DNA from: Eledone cirrhosa | Lineage: Eukaryota | Length of the DNA stretch: 64,000 nt | Reading direction: 5' to 3' | Assembly (NCBI GenBank): GCA_964016885.1 | Contig: OZ024741.1 | Coordinates: forward strand, 297,972,001 to 298,036,000 | In this document: in pieces, positions 1 through 12,649 of the stretch | Layout: every line of letters starts with the position of its first letter | Numbering within the stretch: position 1 is the first letter of the stretch | The notes under the pieces: generated by a model | What the model was told of the DNA's origin: nothing | Seen by the model: only the letters and a program-made list of their open reading frames with translations | Databases searched by the model: none | Program-made: the position numbers and the translations under genes

Positions 1-435
1 ACCTGGGTGACAAAATCAGCAGTGGTGGAGGGTGTTCTGAAAGTACAGTAACCAGAGTTAGAACGGGATGGGAAAAGTTCAGAGAGTTTATACTGCTGGT
101 GGCCACAAAAGGTTTCTCTCTAAAAATAAAAGGCAGATTGTATGATGCTTGTATACGAATGGCAGTGAGATATGGGCATTGTGTGCAGAAGACCTGCGCA
201 GACTGGAAAGGAACGAAGCATGCATGTTCTGTTGGATGTGTAATAGTAATATACACGAACAGCTAAACATAAACGAACTAAGTGAGAAATTAGGAATAAG
301 AGGGACCAGATGCTGTTTACTTGAGAGAAGACTATGTTGGTATGGCCACGTGATGCGCATGAAAGATGACAGCTGTATAAAAAATTGCATAGCGATCAAA
401 ATTGATGGAAGTTACAGAGTAGGTAGACCCAGAAA
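1..435 (+). mobile_element. RTE-clade LINE (family A) 3' fragment, decayed RT C-terminus
   Basis: Translates to YTNGSEIWALCAEDLRRLERNEACM...RLCWYGHVMRMKDD...GRPRK, a typical RTE RT thumb/C-terminus; frameshifted. Confidence 0.85.
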
Positions 436-517
436 ACGAACTCGCAAACACACACACACATACATTCTCATATACAAAATGTGGCGGCGGCGTCACGGTG
501 ATGGTGGTGGTTTACTA

Positions 518-1560
518 TAGATGACTATAGAGGAGTTTAAGACTGGCTGTCCATGGGAACTTCTCTATGCTGACGATCTGGTTCTTATAGCAGAATCAGT
601 AGAGGAGCTGGAGAATAAATTCTGGCTATGGAAACAGCAGTTGGAAGCAAGAAGACTGAGAGTGAATCTAGCTAAGACAAAAGTGTTGATGAGTAGAAAA
701 GAGGACAAAACCCTGATTCCGTCAGGGAAATGGCCATGTTCGATATGCAGAAAAGGAACTGGCATAAATTCTATAAAATGCACACAATGCAGATCCTGGG
801 TACACAAGAGATGTAGCGGGATAGCAGGCAAACTAACAGGTAGGGAGAAATAAGTATGCAGTAGATGTACAGGGAAATTAGACAGTAGAAGTCACATTGA
901 TAGACACATTTTTCAAATGCAGGAGGGTGCTATAGAAGTGGTGGATAGCTTCCGGTACCTAGGAGATCAGATTAGCATGGGAGGAGGGTGTTCCGAGGCC
1001 ATAGTATCTAGAATAAGGACGGGTTGGAAGAAGTTTAGGGAGCTGCTTCCTCTGTTGACGAAGAAGGGTTTCTCCCTGCGTACGAAAGGCCGGTTGTATG
1101 ATGCCTGTGTGAGGAGCGCGATGCTGTATGGTAGTGAGACATGGACAGCAACTGCAGAGGATATGCGACGGCTGGAGAGAAATGAGGCAAGCATGCTCCG
1201 TTGGATGTGCAGTGTAAATGTGCGTGAACAACCCAGCATAAATGTGTTGAGAGAGAAACTGTGTCTGAAAGGGATAGAATGTAGTGTACGGGAGAAGAGA
1301 CTGAGGTAGTATGGACATGTGATGCGCATGGAAGATGACCGATGGGTGAAGAAGTGCCAGGAATTGCCAGTTAAAGGAAGACGTGGTAGAGGTAGACCAC
1401 GAAAAACATGTGCGGAGGTGGTGAGAACAGACCTCAGATCATTGAAGCTCACGGTGGAGATGACAAAGGACCGTGACGAGTGGAGAGATGCTGTGCTGAA
1501 TAAGACCCGTCCCACCCTTGCAAGCAGGGAAAAGCGGACGTAAAATGATGATGATTATGA
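518..1560 (+). mobile_element. RTE-clade LINE (family A) 3' part with RT YADD, inserted Cys/His finger and (GAT)n tail
   Basis: GCPWELLYADDLVL, KWPCSICRKG..CTQCRSWVHKRCSG, FRYLGD, MLYGSETW, GRGRPRKT; broken by stops and a frameshift; ends in gatgatgat near 1547-1560. Confidence 0.9.
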
Positions 1561-1750
1561 ATACTATAGAAAGATTATTTTAGATAAAATGTTATATTGT
1601 TTTAATCCAAATGAAAATAAAAATTGACACTCCCAGGGTCTAATACCTTGTAAAATTTTATTTGATTATTTGGTAGAGCCCTTTGAGAATGCATAGGAAC
1701 AGACAAAGAGACAAAGAATTTTATATATTTAGTTTTATATATATTTATAT

Positions 1751-1870
1751 GGGCACATGGCCTAGTGATTAGCATGCTGGATTCATGACCATAAGGTCTT
1801 GGGTTTGATATCTAGACTGGGTGCTCCATTATGTTGTTGAGCAAAATACTTTACTTCACGTTGCTGCTTC
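1751..1870 (+). mobile_element. tRNA-derived SINE, decayed
   Basis: gggcacatggcctagtgattag (box A-like) ... gggtttgatatc (box B-like), then gagcaaaatactttacttcac core. Confidence 0.55.
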
Positions 1871-2031
1871 TGCCAGTTGTGACTGGAACAGCTTGTAGAA
1901 ACATTGCTTCCTTGGTCTGATCTGATGATCAGCTTCTTTCATTTTACAATTTTACACATGCATATATATGTATATATAGCGTGGAAGAACAGACGTAAAA
2001 CGGTGATGATGATGATGATGATGATGATGAT

Positions 2032-2436
2032 ATACGTACAATGTTAAACCTACAGTCAGTAGGTACCTCTTAACCAAATAAACACCCCAACCCATACCCC
2101 TACTCCATCCTCCCTCTCCCACCAACACACCCTTTCTCTGTAAAGTTATGTTGGGACCACAGAACATCCAGTCCACACTAAAGAGGTTGTGTAGGTGTCA
2201 TGACAAAAAGCACCCAGTCCACGCTGTAAAGTGGTCATGTAGGAGACACATTAAAAAGGCTCCAAGTCCACACTAAATGTGGTTGGTGTTAGGAAGGGCA
2301 TCCAGCCGTAGAAAACCTGCCAGATACAGTCCTATACGAGCAAGACACGGTCACCCGATCAATCTTGCCTCAAGTAGGACAATTCCCATCTAACCCATGC
2401 TAGCGTGGAAAATAGATGTTAAACAATGATGATGAT
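2032..2436 (+). mobile_element. RTE family A 3' UTR copy (SINE-like) with (GAT)n tail
   Basis: Matches the 3' UTR attached to RT-coding sequence at 28780-29203 and 62753-63085 (ggttggtgttaggaagggcatccagccgtagaaaacc...aacccatgctagcgtggaa...gatgatgat). Confidence 0.8.
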
Positions 2437-4435
2437 ATATACTATGTTATGGTATCAATACATATTTAATATGTATGATCATCATCTTTCTCAATAAATA
2501 AGCTCAATGGATTAATTATTTAAATTTAAAAGATATACGTATGTAGAGAGAGAAAAACCATATATCGTTTGAGAAACACATAGCATTTTGTATACATATA
2601 TATAATATTCAGGAAAATATACATACTTTAAGATAGTAAAAAATTCATTTTTTCACCGTACGTACTATTTCATAGACCAAAAGATAAAGCCAATATATAC
2701 ACACACACAATTATGATAATTGTGAAGGTCAAATGTAGATAATATTCACTGATTGCAAATGCATATATTGATGAAAAAATTTAATAAATAGGTGAATAAA
2801 AATAAGCGAATAAAACTGATAACCATGTCTGAAATAAAATGTTATGCTTAATAGTAGTTTAAAAAAAAATTATTTTTACTTTCCCTTAATCTTTAATATG
2901 CACGAATATGAGATCTACATAATAAAATTATGAAATATACTATTCTGTGTGTCAGTAGTACAATGCATTAGAAACTTATCTAAATGTAGTAAAAAAAAAA
3001 AAAAACATTTCTTAGATGTTAACATTTCACAAGAAAACCAAGAATTGCTGAATGTGCCTGCTACTATTGCTACAACTAAGATAGCTGGTTTCATGTATGT
3101 GTTTCCTATGAGTACATTGAAATATTTACAATGGTCTTATCTAGGCTAATACTGAGCCCAAATGCCTTACAAGGTGCAAAAATATAATTGATATAATTTT
3201 GAAATATTTAACAGTATGTACAATAAGAGTTTGGAAAATGTGGCAAATTGACAACCAGAAGAACAGTATTTCAGATATATCCTAGAAAAGCAATCAGTGA
3301 TAAAAGCATGAGCAAGGGCAACAGAAAAATACAAGAGAAACAAAAGTTTGGGCAAAGATGTCACCCTGTTTGACACCATTTCTTAGGAATAGATCCTGCA
3401 ATATTGACTCATGCTTCCATTTCATTGTGAAATAATTTACTTATTGATAAAAGGGGATCTGATCAATCAGGTTTGCAGAATATTTTCCACATGAATGCTT
3501 AATTCATATCTAATGTTTTGTTAGATCAATGAAAATTTGGGTATGATCCATTTTATGTTCACTGCACATGCCCAGTGAAAATTATATCTATTGTTCCTCT
3601 AACGGAATAGAAACCACAGATTCATGAGGGACATCGTTTATTAATGTAGGGTAAAAATACTTGCCAGAATCTTGCTAACAGCTGGCCTCAATTCTGGCAC
3701 CAGTAGTGTAGCTAGTGGGTAGTAAGGAGTGTTGGTGGAGTCAGTCTGCCCAGGAGTAGTACTTTTGGTATCTTTTTATCTAAATTATGTTTGTTTGTTT
3801 TTTTGTGGGATGGGAGGAGGAATTGACAGGCTAAAGGACCATTCTGAGCTGTACAAACTCTAAACTTTGCTGCTATCTAAAACCTTTTTCTTTATAAAGA
3901 GGAAGCAAAACTGCTTCTTTCCCATGCTTATGAACAGAACCATTTCTCCAGACTACACAAATAAGCTCATGAAGATTCTGTATGGCTTTCAATATTTGTA
4001 CCTCATACATGTCTTTCTAAGGCTGGTCTCATTAGTCATCAAGAAAGTCATAAAGTCAAACAAAATGTTGACTACAGTATGTTTATGGTAATAAATCACA
4101 TTACATAGTTTGCAAATCAATTAAGGAATTAAAAAGACACTGCTATACATCAGAATATACTTCTGAATACTGATACACACATTCGTGGATTTATTTGTAA
4201 GGTCTATTAAAAGACATGTAGGAGTCTAGCATACTTTAAGATCCACTGTCAAAAATGCAATTCTTTTAACAGTCAGTGATGGTCTTCCTCAGATAGAAGT
4301 GAACAGTCATTACATGTGGGTGGGTGTCGCAGTGTCTGTCTGTCTATGAATAATTTATATGTGCATTTCTACATACAAAAACCTAAGAATATATTTCTTT
4401 GTAATATGAACTACTAACCCTTTTATGAATATCAG

Positions 4436-4493
4436 GTGTGGCTTGATTTATCTTTGAACTATGTTGGTGAAACTGACTCAGATACAAGCCAAG
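4436..4493 (+). CDS. CFAP119: CFAP119/CCDC189-like paralogue B, third-last exon (VWLDLSLNYVGETDSDTSQ); earlier exons presumably upstream of the window
   Basis: cag|GTG...AAG|gtaagt; 58 nt, same length and phases (0/1) as exon 23267-23324 of the minus-strand gene; VxLDLxLNY motif. Confidence 0.8.
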
Positions 4494-5575
4494 GTAAGTG
4501 GAAATTGTTTATGTCTTCCTTGTAGTATGTGTTCACTGATTCTACAAATTTATATAGTTGTACAATCATACAACCTGCATAATGCTTTGCAGCAGTTAAC
4601 CATGAAATCATGTGCTTCCTAAATATTAATTTCTCCATAGAATGTCTCAATTCCAAACCTCAAAACAATTTCATATTATTTTATATATTTTATTGATTGT
4701 TTTTATTTTTTGTCAATACAGACTATCATTAGCTTGCTCAGATTTTAGTTTTCTATCAATGGAATTATGCAAGTGATTATTTTCTCTTGTGTAATATATC
4801 AAAGTTATGTATTTATCTATGAATAGCACTGAGATGATCCTTTATTTACAGTTTTGTCAAAGAATGAAGGAAAGCATCCAAGAACAATTATAGGGCCTCT
4901 TAGACTGATAGGAAACAGAAAAAAAACATCAATTATATCAAGACATACTTTAAATGTTTATAACAGAGTGGATTCTGCTAAAAGTATCCAAGGACAAGGT
5001 GATGGTATTAAACTCGGTGATGGATTAGGTCTACCCAACAAGAACAGCTACTGTTCCACACAGTTTCTGTCTATCCAGTTTCCTTCACAAAGACTAAGTT
5101 AACCTAGGTGCTGTGCAGTAAGATCAAACTTGTATCAGATGATTGAGAAATGAACTCCTTAACCAAAAAGCCATGTCTCCACACGTGATTTTTACTTAAT
5201 ATTATATGATGTTTGACCTTATGAGTTTGTGATTTAATATCATATTACTTTCAACTAGTTGATTAATGAATGATATTGATTACAATTGTTGGCTAAGATA
5301 TGAAATTAGAAATCTGTCAATACATTTCACTGCTATTAGAAATATTTCCAAATGATGTGTTTACCATTTTGTGCCTATGTAAACATTTGTATAATTACTA
5401 TAAGATCAAACTATTCCTTCTGGAACATGGCAATAGTGAGTGTTAGATAATAAGAAAACATAAAACAAGCATAAATCAGTAAAAACTAAAATGAGGGTAG
5501 GTTAAATAATATCTGTAAGGTGTTTGTTTATTTGGGATAAAATCTATATGAATCAACTTTAAAGCAGCTGTCTTC

Positions 5576-5888
5576 TTCTTCGCCCACTTATTCCTGAGAG
5601 AATCATGGGGGCAGAGTCCTCAAACACTCCTTCCAGCTGGTCCTGCCAAAAGCAACCATCCCCAATTGATTCAGTTGGATCGCCAAGTGAGACCAGTCAA
5701 GTTCATGGATGTTATCCAACCATCTTGCTTGCGGTCTACCCCCGGGTCTCCTGCCAGTTGGTTTTGCCTGTAAAATTTGTCCAGCAATTCTTTCCTGAGA
5801 CATTCTAATCACATGCCTGTAGTATCAGAGCTGTGATCTTTCAATTCGGAGAAGTAGTGGCTCTACCTGGAAAGGAGTGAACCTTGAC
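5576..5888 (-). mobile_element. RTE-clade LINE (family B, Rex3/Expander-like) 3' fragment with target-site duplication
   Basis: QVEPLLLRIERSQL / RMSQERIAGQILQAKPTGRRPGGRPQARWLDNI; (GAA)n tail; TSD aagcagctgtcttc (5562-5575) / aagcagttgtcttc (5889-5902). Confidence 0.85.
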
Positions 5889-5968
5889 AAGCAGTTGTCT
5901 TCCTGCAAAATTAATCTTGAAAACTTCAAAATTAATCTTGATTTCTCTTTTCTATGTTTCAAACGAAG

Positions 5969-6073
5969 AAACCGATACTGATTTGGATAAGGTGGAGAAA
6001 GTAGAATCTGAATGTAATGTTTCACAGGAAAGTAGTGAAAAAGAACCAGCATTGACCATAGTTGCGCAAAAAG
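5969..6073 (+). CDS. CFAP119: CFAP119-like paralogue B, penultimate acidic exon (ETDTDLDKVEKVESECNVSQESSEKEPALTIVAQK)
   Basis: gaag|AA...AAAG|gtttgttaac; 105 nt, phase 1/1; donor and upstream intron (ttcctgcaaaattaatcttg) match exon 21375-21473. Confidence 0.75.
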
Positions 6074-6129
6074 GTTTGTTAACAAATATCTTAAATACAT
6101 TGTATGTATATATGGACCCATAATTCCAG

Positions 6130-6345
6130 GTGGAATCATAGGGATGCCATATTGACATACAGCGTTTCTAGATCATTTTTAAACCTGGCAGAGCCCATCT
6201 CCTCTCCAGGTCTGAATACGGCAGATTTCTTCTAGAGAAGGAAAGAGAGAGTGAGAAAGAGCTATAGAAGAAGAATCCACACCAGTACTAAACTAGTATT
6301 TTTTTTATCGACCTTAATTGGATGAAAGGCAAAGTTGACCTCGCT
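6130..6345 (-). mobile_element. tRNA-SINE with Meta-type core, partial
   Basis: tttttatcgacc...gatgaaaggcaaagttgacctc core; 3' region shared with the 12100-12395 and 19965-20283 copies. Confidence 0.6.
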
Positions 6346-6518
6346 TAAACACATTAATATATACTTATTGATCAGAATATTTTGATTATTTGAACATTTA
6401 CTGGTCAGAATATAAAGATTATTTTTCTCTCAAACATAACTAAATCATTATTTTCTCTCTTATATTTCATCATTTAACTCTCCCCCCTCTCTCTCTCTCT
6501 TTTTCTCACACATTTTAG

Positions 6519-6706
6519 AAGAAGCTAAAAAATATCTAAGAAAAGTAATCACAGAATTCTTACAAGAAAGAATCAATGAACTGAAATCTTCTGTTCAAGA
6601 AAAGTTGAAACATACTGAACAAACACTAAATGATAAACTGGAAGATGCTGGCTACCGTGATAATCTTAAAAAAAATAAGAGATATAGCAAAACTGGGAAA
6701 AAATAA
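6519..6706 (+). CDS. CFAP119: CFAP119-like paralogue B, terminal exon (EEAKKYLRKVITEFLQERINELKSSVQEKLKHTEQTLNDKLEDAGYRDNLKKNKRYSKTGKK*)
   Basis: Polypyrimidine tract + cacattttag|; phase 1; open to TAA at 6704-6706; aligns with exon 16928-17124 (YL..ITEFL..EQ..N.KLE). Confidence 0.8.
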
Positions 6707-6809
6707 TCCAACAAACTCCAATGGAAATAACAAAACCAAACATAGGAAATGTACTTTTAGAGGATAGAACCTTTTGTTTATTTTCTACAGTTAATTATAT
6801 AATAATAAG

Positions 6810-6990
6810 GGTTTCTAGTTTTGCCACAAGACCAACAATTTGGGGGAAAGGGAAAGTCAATTATATTGACCCTAGACTTAACTAGTACTTTATTTTATCA
6901 GTCCAGAAAGGATGAAAGACAAGGTTGCCCTATGCAGGATGTGAATTCATAATGTAGAAAATCATAACTAAATACCACAAATGATTTGAA
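6810..6990 (-). mobile_element. tRNA-SINE (Meta-type core), decayed
   Basis: gtactttattttatcag...aggatgaaagacaaggttgccc core. Confidence 0.55.
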
Positions 6991-8194
6991 ATTATAAATA
7001 TTTGGAATGTAAAGATTGAAAGTAAAAAAATATCCCTTGGGAATGATAAAAAGATATGCAAACAAATATATAACAAAAATCTAAATGAAATGAAATGTTG
7101 TGAAGTTCATGCCATTCTCAAAGTCATTTAACTAAAATAACTACAACCAGAAATACTAAAGCAGGCATCACTAAGACAAATGATTAATAGCTAACTCGTT
7201 TTAGGAACTTCACCAACATCTAGTTTTTACTATTTTTAATTGTTTATCTTTATGAGGCCAAAAGAAATAGTGTGTTGCCTTTCCCAGTGACAATAATGAA
7301 GCATTTCCCTAAAAGCAAAACTTGCTTTCTATTCCACAATGTTCATCAATATATTCAAATTTCTGACATGTTGACTGAGGAGTATAGATGAAGGAAGCAA
7401 CCTGAGTAAATGACAGGCTTAGATAATAAGCCAACTATAGTATACTGAAGACACAAACACTAGTAGATCATATTTGGAAGATAAAAACATAACTGGTGCT
7501 TATTTTACTGTCCCAGGAAGAATGACATTCAAAGTTGACCCTGATTTAATTTGAACTCTGAAGATAGAAGCATGAAATTATTTCAATAATGCAACATATA
7601 AACCGAAAAAAAAAAAAAAATCACATTCTATATTTTTAGTTTCAGATTTGTTACTTTGGTACAAACTTAACGTAACATTTCATTACTGAAAATGTTTGAA
7701 GTTTATGCTTTTCCAAAATAATTAAAAAATAGTGGACTTCTTTTCTAAACCATAGATCTTCCATTGCTCCCACTCTCAAGCTATTGTTTTAGTTTGTTCC
7801 ATGTCCAGATTCCTTAAAATACCATCTTTTCTATTTTCTCCTTAAAACATGATGAATTCATCATCTTTCCAGAATGTCTGGACCAGATATATCTCATAAC
7901 TAACAATAATTTTTTGATTTTATATTTAACGAAACCGTTTCTGAAGCAATTTTTTCAATTATATTTTATCACACTTGACCATTTGCAAGTAGATAATGAA
8001 ATAAACATATCCTAATTTGAAAATGTGCCATGTTCTACTTTAGCTATAAATTCTCATTAATTCTATTTTGTGGACACATTCAGAATCAATTCCTGGTTTG
8101 GGTTGTATGTTGTGTTCTTGATCAAAAAATTTCATTTAATGTTGCTCCAGTATACTCAAATATATATAAATGAAAGACACAATCATACATACGC

Positions 8195-9944
8195 TTCTTC
8201 TTTGCCCATAGGGCAGAGTCCTCAAACACTCCTTCCAGCAGGTCCTGTCAGAAGCAACAGACTCCAACTGATCCGGCTGGATCCCCAAGCGTGACCAGCC
8301 AAGTTCATGGATGTTATCCAACTGTCTTGCTCAGTCTCCTGCCAGTTGGTTTTGCCCATAAAATCTGTCCAGTGATTCTTTCCTGAGACATTCTAACCAC
8401 ATGCCTATAGTATCAGAGCTGTGATCTCTCAATTCCGAGAAGCAGCGGCTCTACCTGGAGTGACTCTGTGATCTCTGAGCTACAAACTCTATTGAGTAAA
8501 GTTACTCTAAAGACCTTTCGAAGCAACCCCATTTCAACCGATTGTATTCTTTTGGTCATTACCCAAGATTCATGGCCATAGGTAAGGGTTGGCACAAATA
8601 CCAAACTGAAGATAGTGAGTTTGGCTTTTACACCTACTGACTACTGAATATTGAAGCTGGCGCATTACTGCTACAGTTCCTGCAATTCTTGCACTTAATT
8701 CAGTCTCCTGCCTTCCATCACTCATGAACATAGCCCTGAGATACTTGAACTTCTCTACCTGCTTCAATAGAACTCCATTCACATGTAGAGTGCACTGCAC
8801 AGGTTTCCAGTTTTCATAGCACTAATTTTCATTCCAGCCATGCAGCATTTGGCATTAAACCTACTGAGTGCAAGTTGGCAATCACCTTCTGTCAAGTTAA
8901 GTAACACCATTTGTCTGCAAATTCCAGCCAACTTATTTTACACCTACCAGTCATGATACCACTTCCAACCCGGCTGTGCATGTCAATCTTGTTCATGTAA
9001 ATAATGAACAGGAGAGGTGACAGTATGCATCCTTGGCAGAGTCCAACTCCCACATTGAATGGCTTTGATTTAGCACCATTTATGCGAACACAAATACTCA
9101 GGTATTCGTATAGAGACATCAGGACAGCAAGAAGCTGACCATCGATCCTATACTACTGCAGAACTTTCCACAGCAGGTCCCAAGGAACATAGTCCTATGC
9201 CGGATGGCAGGAGCACCTCCTGGTTCAATCCAGAGGTCAAAGATGCTATCTGAGCAAATAAGAAGGCTTACAAAGCAGGCACAAAGAATCACAGTAGAGA
9301 CAGTAAAGGCACCCAATGTTAAGATATGCGAGGACTTTGAGATTAAACTGGAATCCTACTTCAGATCAGCAAATAAATTGTTCTGGCAGACCCTCTGCTA
9401 ACTTTGTAATAAGAAGCCCTCCTCCACACCTGCTATCAAGAACGTGTCTGGGGTTCTCCTCTCTTCAGAGAGGGGCATCCTTGTGAGGTGGAGAGAATAT
9501 ATTGCTGATCTTCTAAACCCGATTGCAACAGCATCTTAAATGTACATGAGGTGCATCCGGAAGTGGTGACTGATCTCTCAGATGTTGAGGTCACAAGAAC
9601 AGCTAAAGAGCTCAATTGTGGCAAGGCCGCTGGGAAAAATGAAATCCAACCTGAGATGTTAAAAGCCTCACATAGAGAAGGCATTCACTGGCTGACTCCT
9701 GTGTGCCGGGTAGCTTGGATCTCTGGAAAAGCACTTAAGCAATGGCAATTGGAAGTGATAAACCCAATTTTCAAATAATGAGACAAGAGAGATTGTTCCA
9801 ATAACAAAGGGATCTCCTTGTTAAGCCTCTCAGGTAAAGTCTATGCTAAATATCTGGCAAAGAGATGTAGGGAAATTGTTGAGACCAAGCTAGCTGATGA
9901 ACAGTGCAGTTTTTGCCTCGTACGCAGCACAGCTGACGAAATAT
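8195..9944 (-). mobile_element. RTE-clade LINE (family B, Rex3/Expander-like) with inverted 5' segment
   Basis: 8195-~9205 on minus: (GAA) tail, FVPTLTYGHESW, FKYL, QGCILSPLLFIIYM, EFADK. ~9215-9944 on plus: KAAGKNEIQPEMLK, GISLLSLSGKVYAK, DEQCSF..RSTADEIF. TSD tcatacatacgc (8183-8194) / tcatacatacac (9945-9956). Confidence 0.85.
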
Positions 9945-10386
9945 TCATACATACACAAATAACAATATATATATATACACACAAAATTGTATAGTGTTAG
10001 AATCATATTAACAATTAAAACAATTATATTCATTTTTGTTTTATTGTTTTGTAATATGTTATTATAATGAAATAGAGGGTTATGTATTAGACAAATTTTT
10101 TATGACACCAACACTATCACTTTATAAAATGCACCTGTAGTAGTGCTGGTGTCATGAAACATGCACCCAATACAATCTGTAAGTTAATTTTAACCTGTTG
10201 ACTTATACTTCTTGTTTTTGAATTACTCCGGAGTAAACAGACCCACCTGCGCACTTCATTGAGTGCTCTACCCTGCATACTGAAGTGTCGGTAATTAATC
10301 AACACATACTCAAATTAATATATATATGTGTGTGTGTGTGGAAGATGGGCGTTAAATGATGATGTTGATGATAGTGATGATGATGA

Positions 10387-10685
10387 TCATCATTTAACGT
10401 CTATCTTCCATGCTAGCATGGGTTAAACTGGAATTGTCCCACTTGACGCAAGATTTGTTGGGTCTTCTGTATTACTGCGTGGCGCCAAAGATCTTGTTCC
10501 AGTGACATTGTTTTAGAGAGGTGCAAGTGAATAAGGTCGACATTTATCAAATCATCCCAGGTTTTTCTGAGTCTACCTACTCTGTAACTTCCATCAATTT
10601 TGCTCGCCCTGCACTTTTTTATACAGCTGTCGTCTTTCATGCGCATCACGTGACCATACCAACGTAGTCTTCTCTCAAGTAAACA
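10387..10685 (-). mobile_element. RTE family A 3' end (internally deleted UTR)
   Basis: LLERRLRWYGHVMRMKDDSCIKKC..GRLRKTW and (GAT)n tail. Confidence 0.85.
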
Positions 10686-10913
10686 TATATATATCATCAT
10701 TATCAACATCATCATTGTTTAACGTCCATCTTCCACACATATATATATATATATGAAACTCCAACTCACATTTTTTTTTACAGAAAAAAGCTCCTTGAAA
10801 CAGAAAAAAAGTGAACAGCATCACCTGTTCAACTAGCAAGCACAACCATTCAATATAAAGCAGAAGTGAGTCTTACAGGCAATGCTGTTCACTTTTTTCC
10901 ATCTCAAGAGGCT

Positions 10914-11976
10914 TACAAGGGTTGGCTGAAAAGTTCACAGGCTGACCAAATGAGGTTTACTTTTCAACATAGTCTGTCCCCCTTTGTGGTCTACACTCTT
11001 CTTCCATCGGTATTGCAGTGCTTGGATACCATTAGTGAAGAAACTTTCATCCAGTTGGTAAAAAAAAAGTCAACAGCAGATACTGGTTCCTAGCCAAGTG
11101 TTTTTTCATGTTTGGAAACAGATGATAGTCAGATGGGGCCAAATCAAGAGAATAGGGAGGGTGATCAACCAGTTCAAAGCCACAGTCACATAAAAGCCAT
11201 TGAAACTAAGAACTTGTGTGCTGCAGCATTGTCCTGATGAAACAAGACACCATTTATCAGTTTTCCTGGGCGTTTGGTCTTGATAGCCTTTCATAACTGC
11301 CTCAGCAAGTTAACATAGTACTCTCCATTGATGGTGTAGCTCTTTTGAAGATAGTCAATAAATACAATGCCTTTTTCATCCTAAAAGACAGGCCTTTTTG
11401 GAAGCACGTGAGGAAAGGTGTTGCATGGATTGTCTCTTTGTTGCTGGCTCAAAGTGTTGAACCCAACACTCATCCTAGGTTAGGAAATGTTCAAGGAAAT
11501 CAGCTGGATCTAACTCAAGCATTGGTTATTTGATTTATAGTCAATCACCTATCATTCATCACCATGTAGTGAACAATCAATATTTTCCTCAGTGGTGGCA
11601 GTTGCAAGACATGCAGACCTTGTGTCATCTTTCAAGACTCTCACCTCCTAAATTTAGCTACCCGCTTTTGCACTGTTGATAAAGCCGGAGCATCATCCTC
11701 TAATGTAGCAACCATGTCAACACGAATGTCCTTGGGGGTTAAACCCTTTTTCTGCAGGTACTTGATAACACAACGGTGCCAAATTTTGTCCATTTTCAAC
11801 AGAAGTTGCTTCTAGTTACTTTTGCATTCTTCTTTGAACAGTCAAATCTCGATTAACCTGGAATAAAAACAATGCAGTTATTAATAAAAAGAGTTTAAAT
11901 TAATGCATGCAAGATTTCACAGCTCAAGCATCACTCTTTCATAGTCAGCCTATGAACTTTTCAACTCACCCTTGTA
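10914..11976. mobile_element. Decayed mariner (Tc1/mariner) transposon; transposase pseudogene on minus strand
   Basis: TA-flanked TIRs caaggggttggctgaaaagttcacaggctgac / gtcagcctatgaacttttcaactcacccttg; minus-strand motifs FHQDNAAAH and DHPPYSLDLAPSDYHLFPNMKK near 11100-11245. Confidence 0.9.
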
Positions 11977-12099
11977 TATGCCCAATTTGTTAGATTATTT
12001 TCATAATATAAAAAGAAAAGAAAATGCTGCTAACACTAAGTTAATTTTGATTTCTTAATATATATATATATATATCTTTCTTCTTAATCTGTAACTCCT

Positions 12100-12395
12100 G
12101 GGGGACTCATAGGGGCTCCACATTCAGTGTTTCTAGGGCATTTTTAAACCTGGCAGAGCCTATCCCCTCTCTAGGTTTGAATACAGCAGGTTTCTTCCAG
12201 AGAAGGATAGAGAGTGAGAGAATGGAAATAAGAGATATAGAGGAAGAATCGAGCCAGGTACTTGACTGGTACTCTTTTTATTGACCTGAAATGGATGAAA
12301 GGCAAAGTTGACTTTGATGGGATTTGAACTCAGAGAGTAGAGAGCCAAAACGAATACTGCAAAGTATTCTATCTGATGTTCTAATGACTGAAAAT
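12100..12395 (-). mobile_element. tRNA-SINE with Meta-type core
   Basis: ggtactctttttattgacc...gatgaaaggcaaagttgac...gggatttgaactcag (box B on minus strand). Confidence 0.65.
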
Positions 12396-12649
12396 TAGCC
12401 CTATATATGTATGTATTTATTTATTTAGAAATACACTCACACAAATTAATTGAAACAAATCCTGGAAATGAAAATCAGTTCTTCTCAATTCTAAACCTTG
12501 TTTCCACATTGGGAATTTTTCCTTTAATTTTTTTACTTATTTATCAACTAGATCTTGAGTTTTGACATAGAATAGTTCCTATGAACAGCCAGTTTTTAAC
12601 TCCTGTGTTAAGAACTGAATAAATATAATAAGTAGGAGGAGTCTACCAA

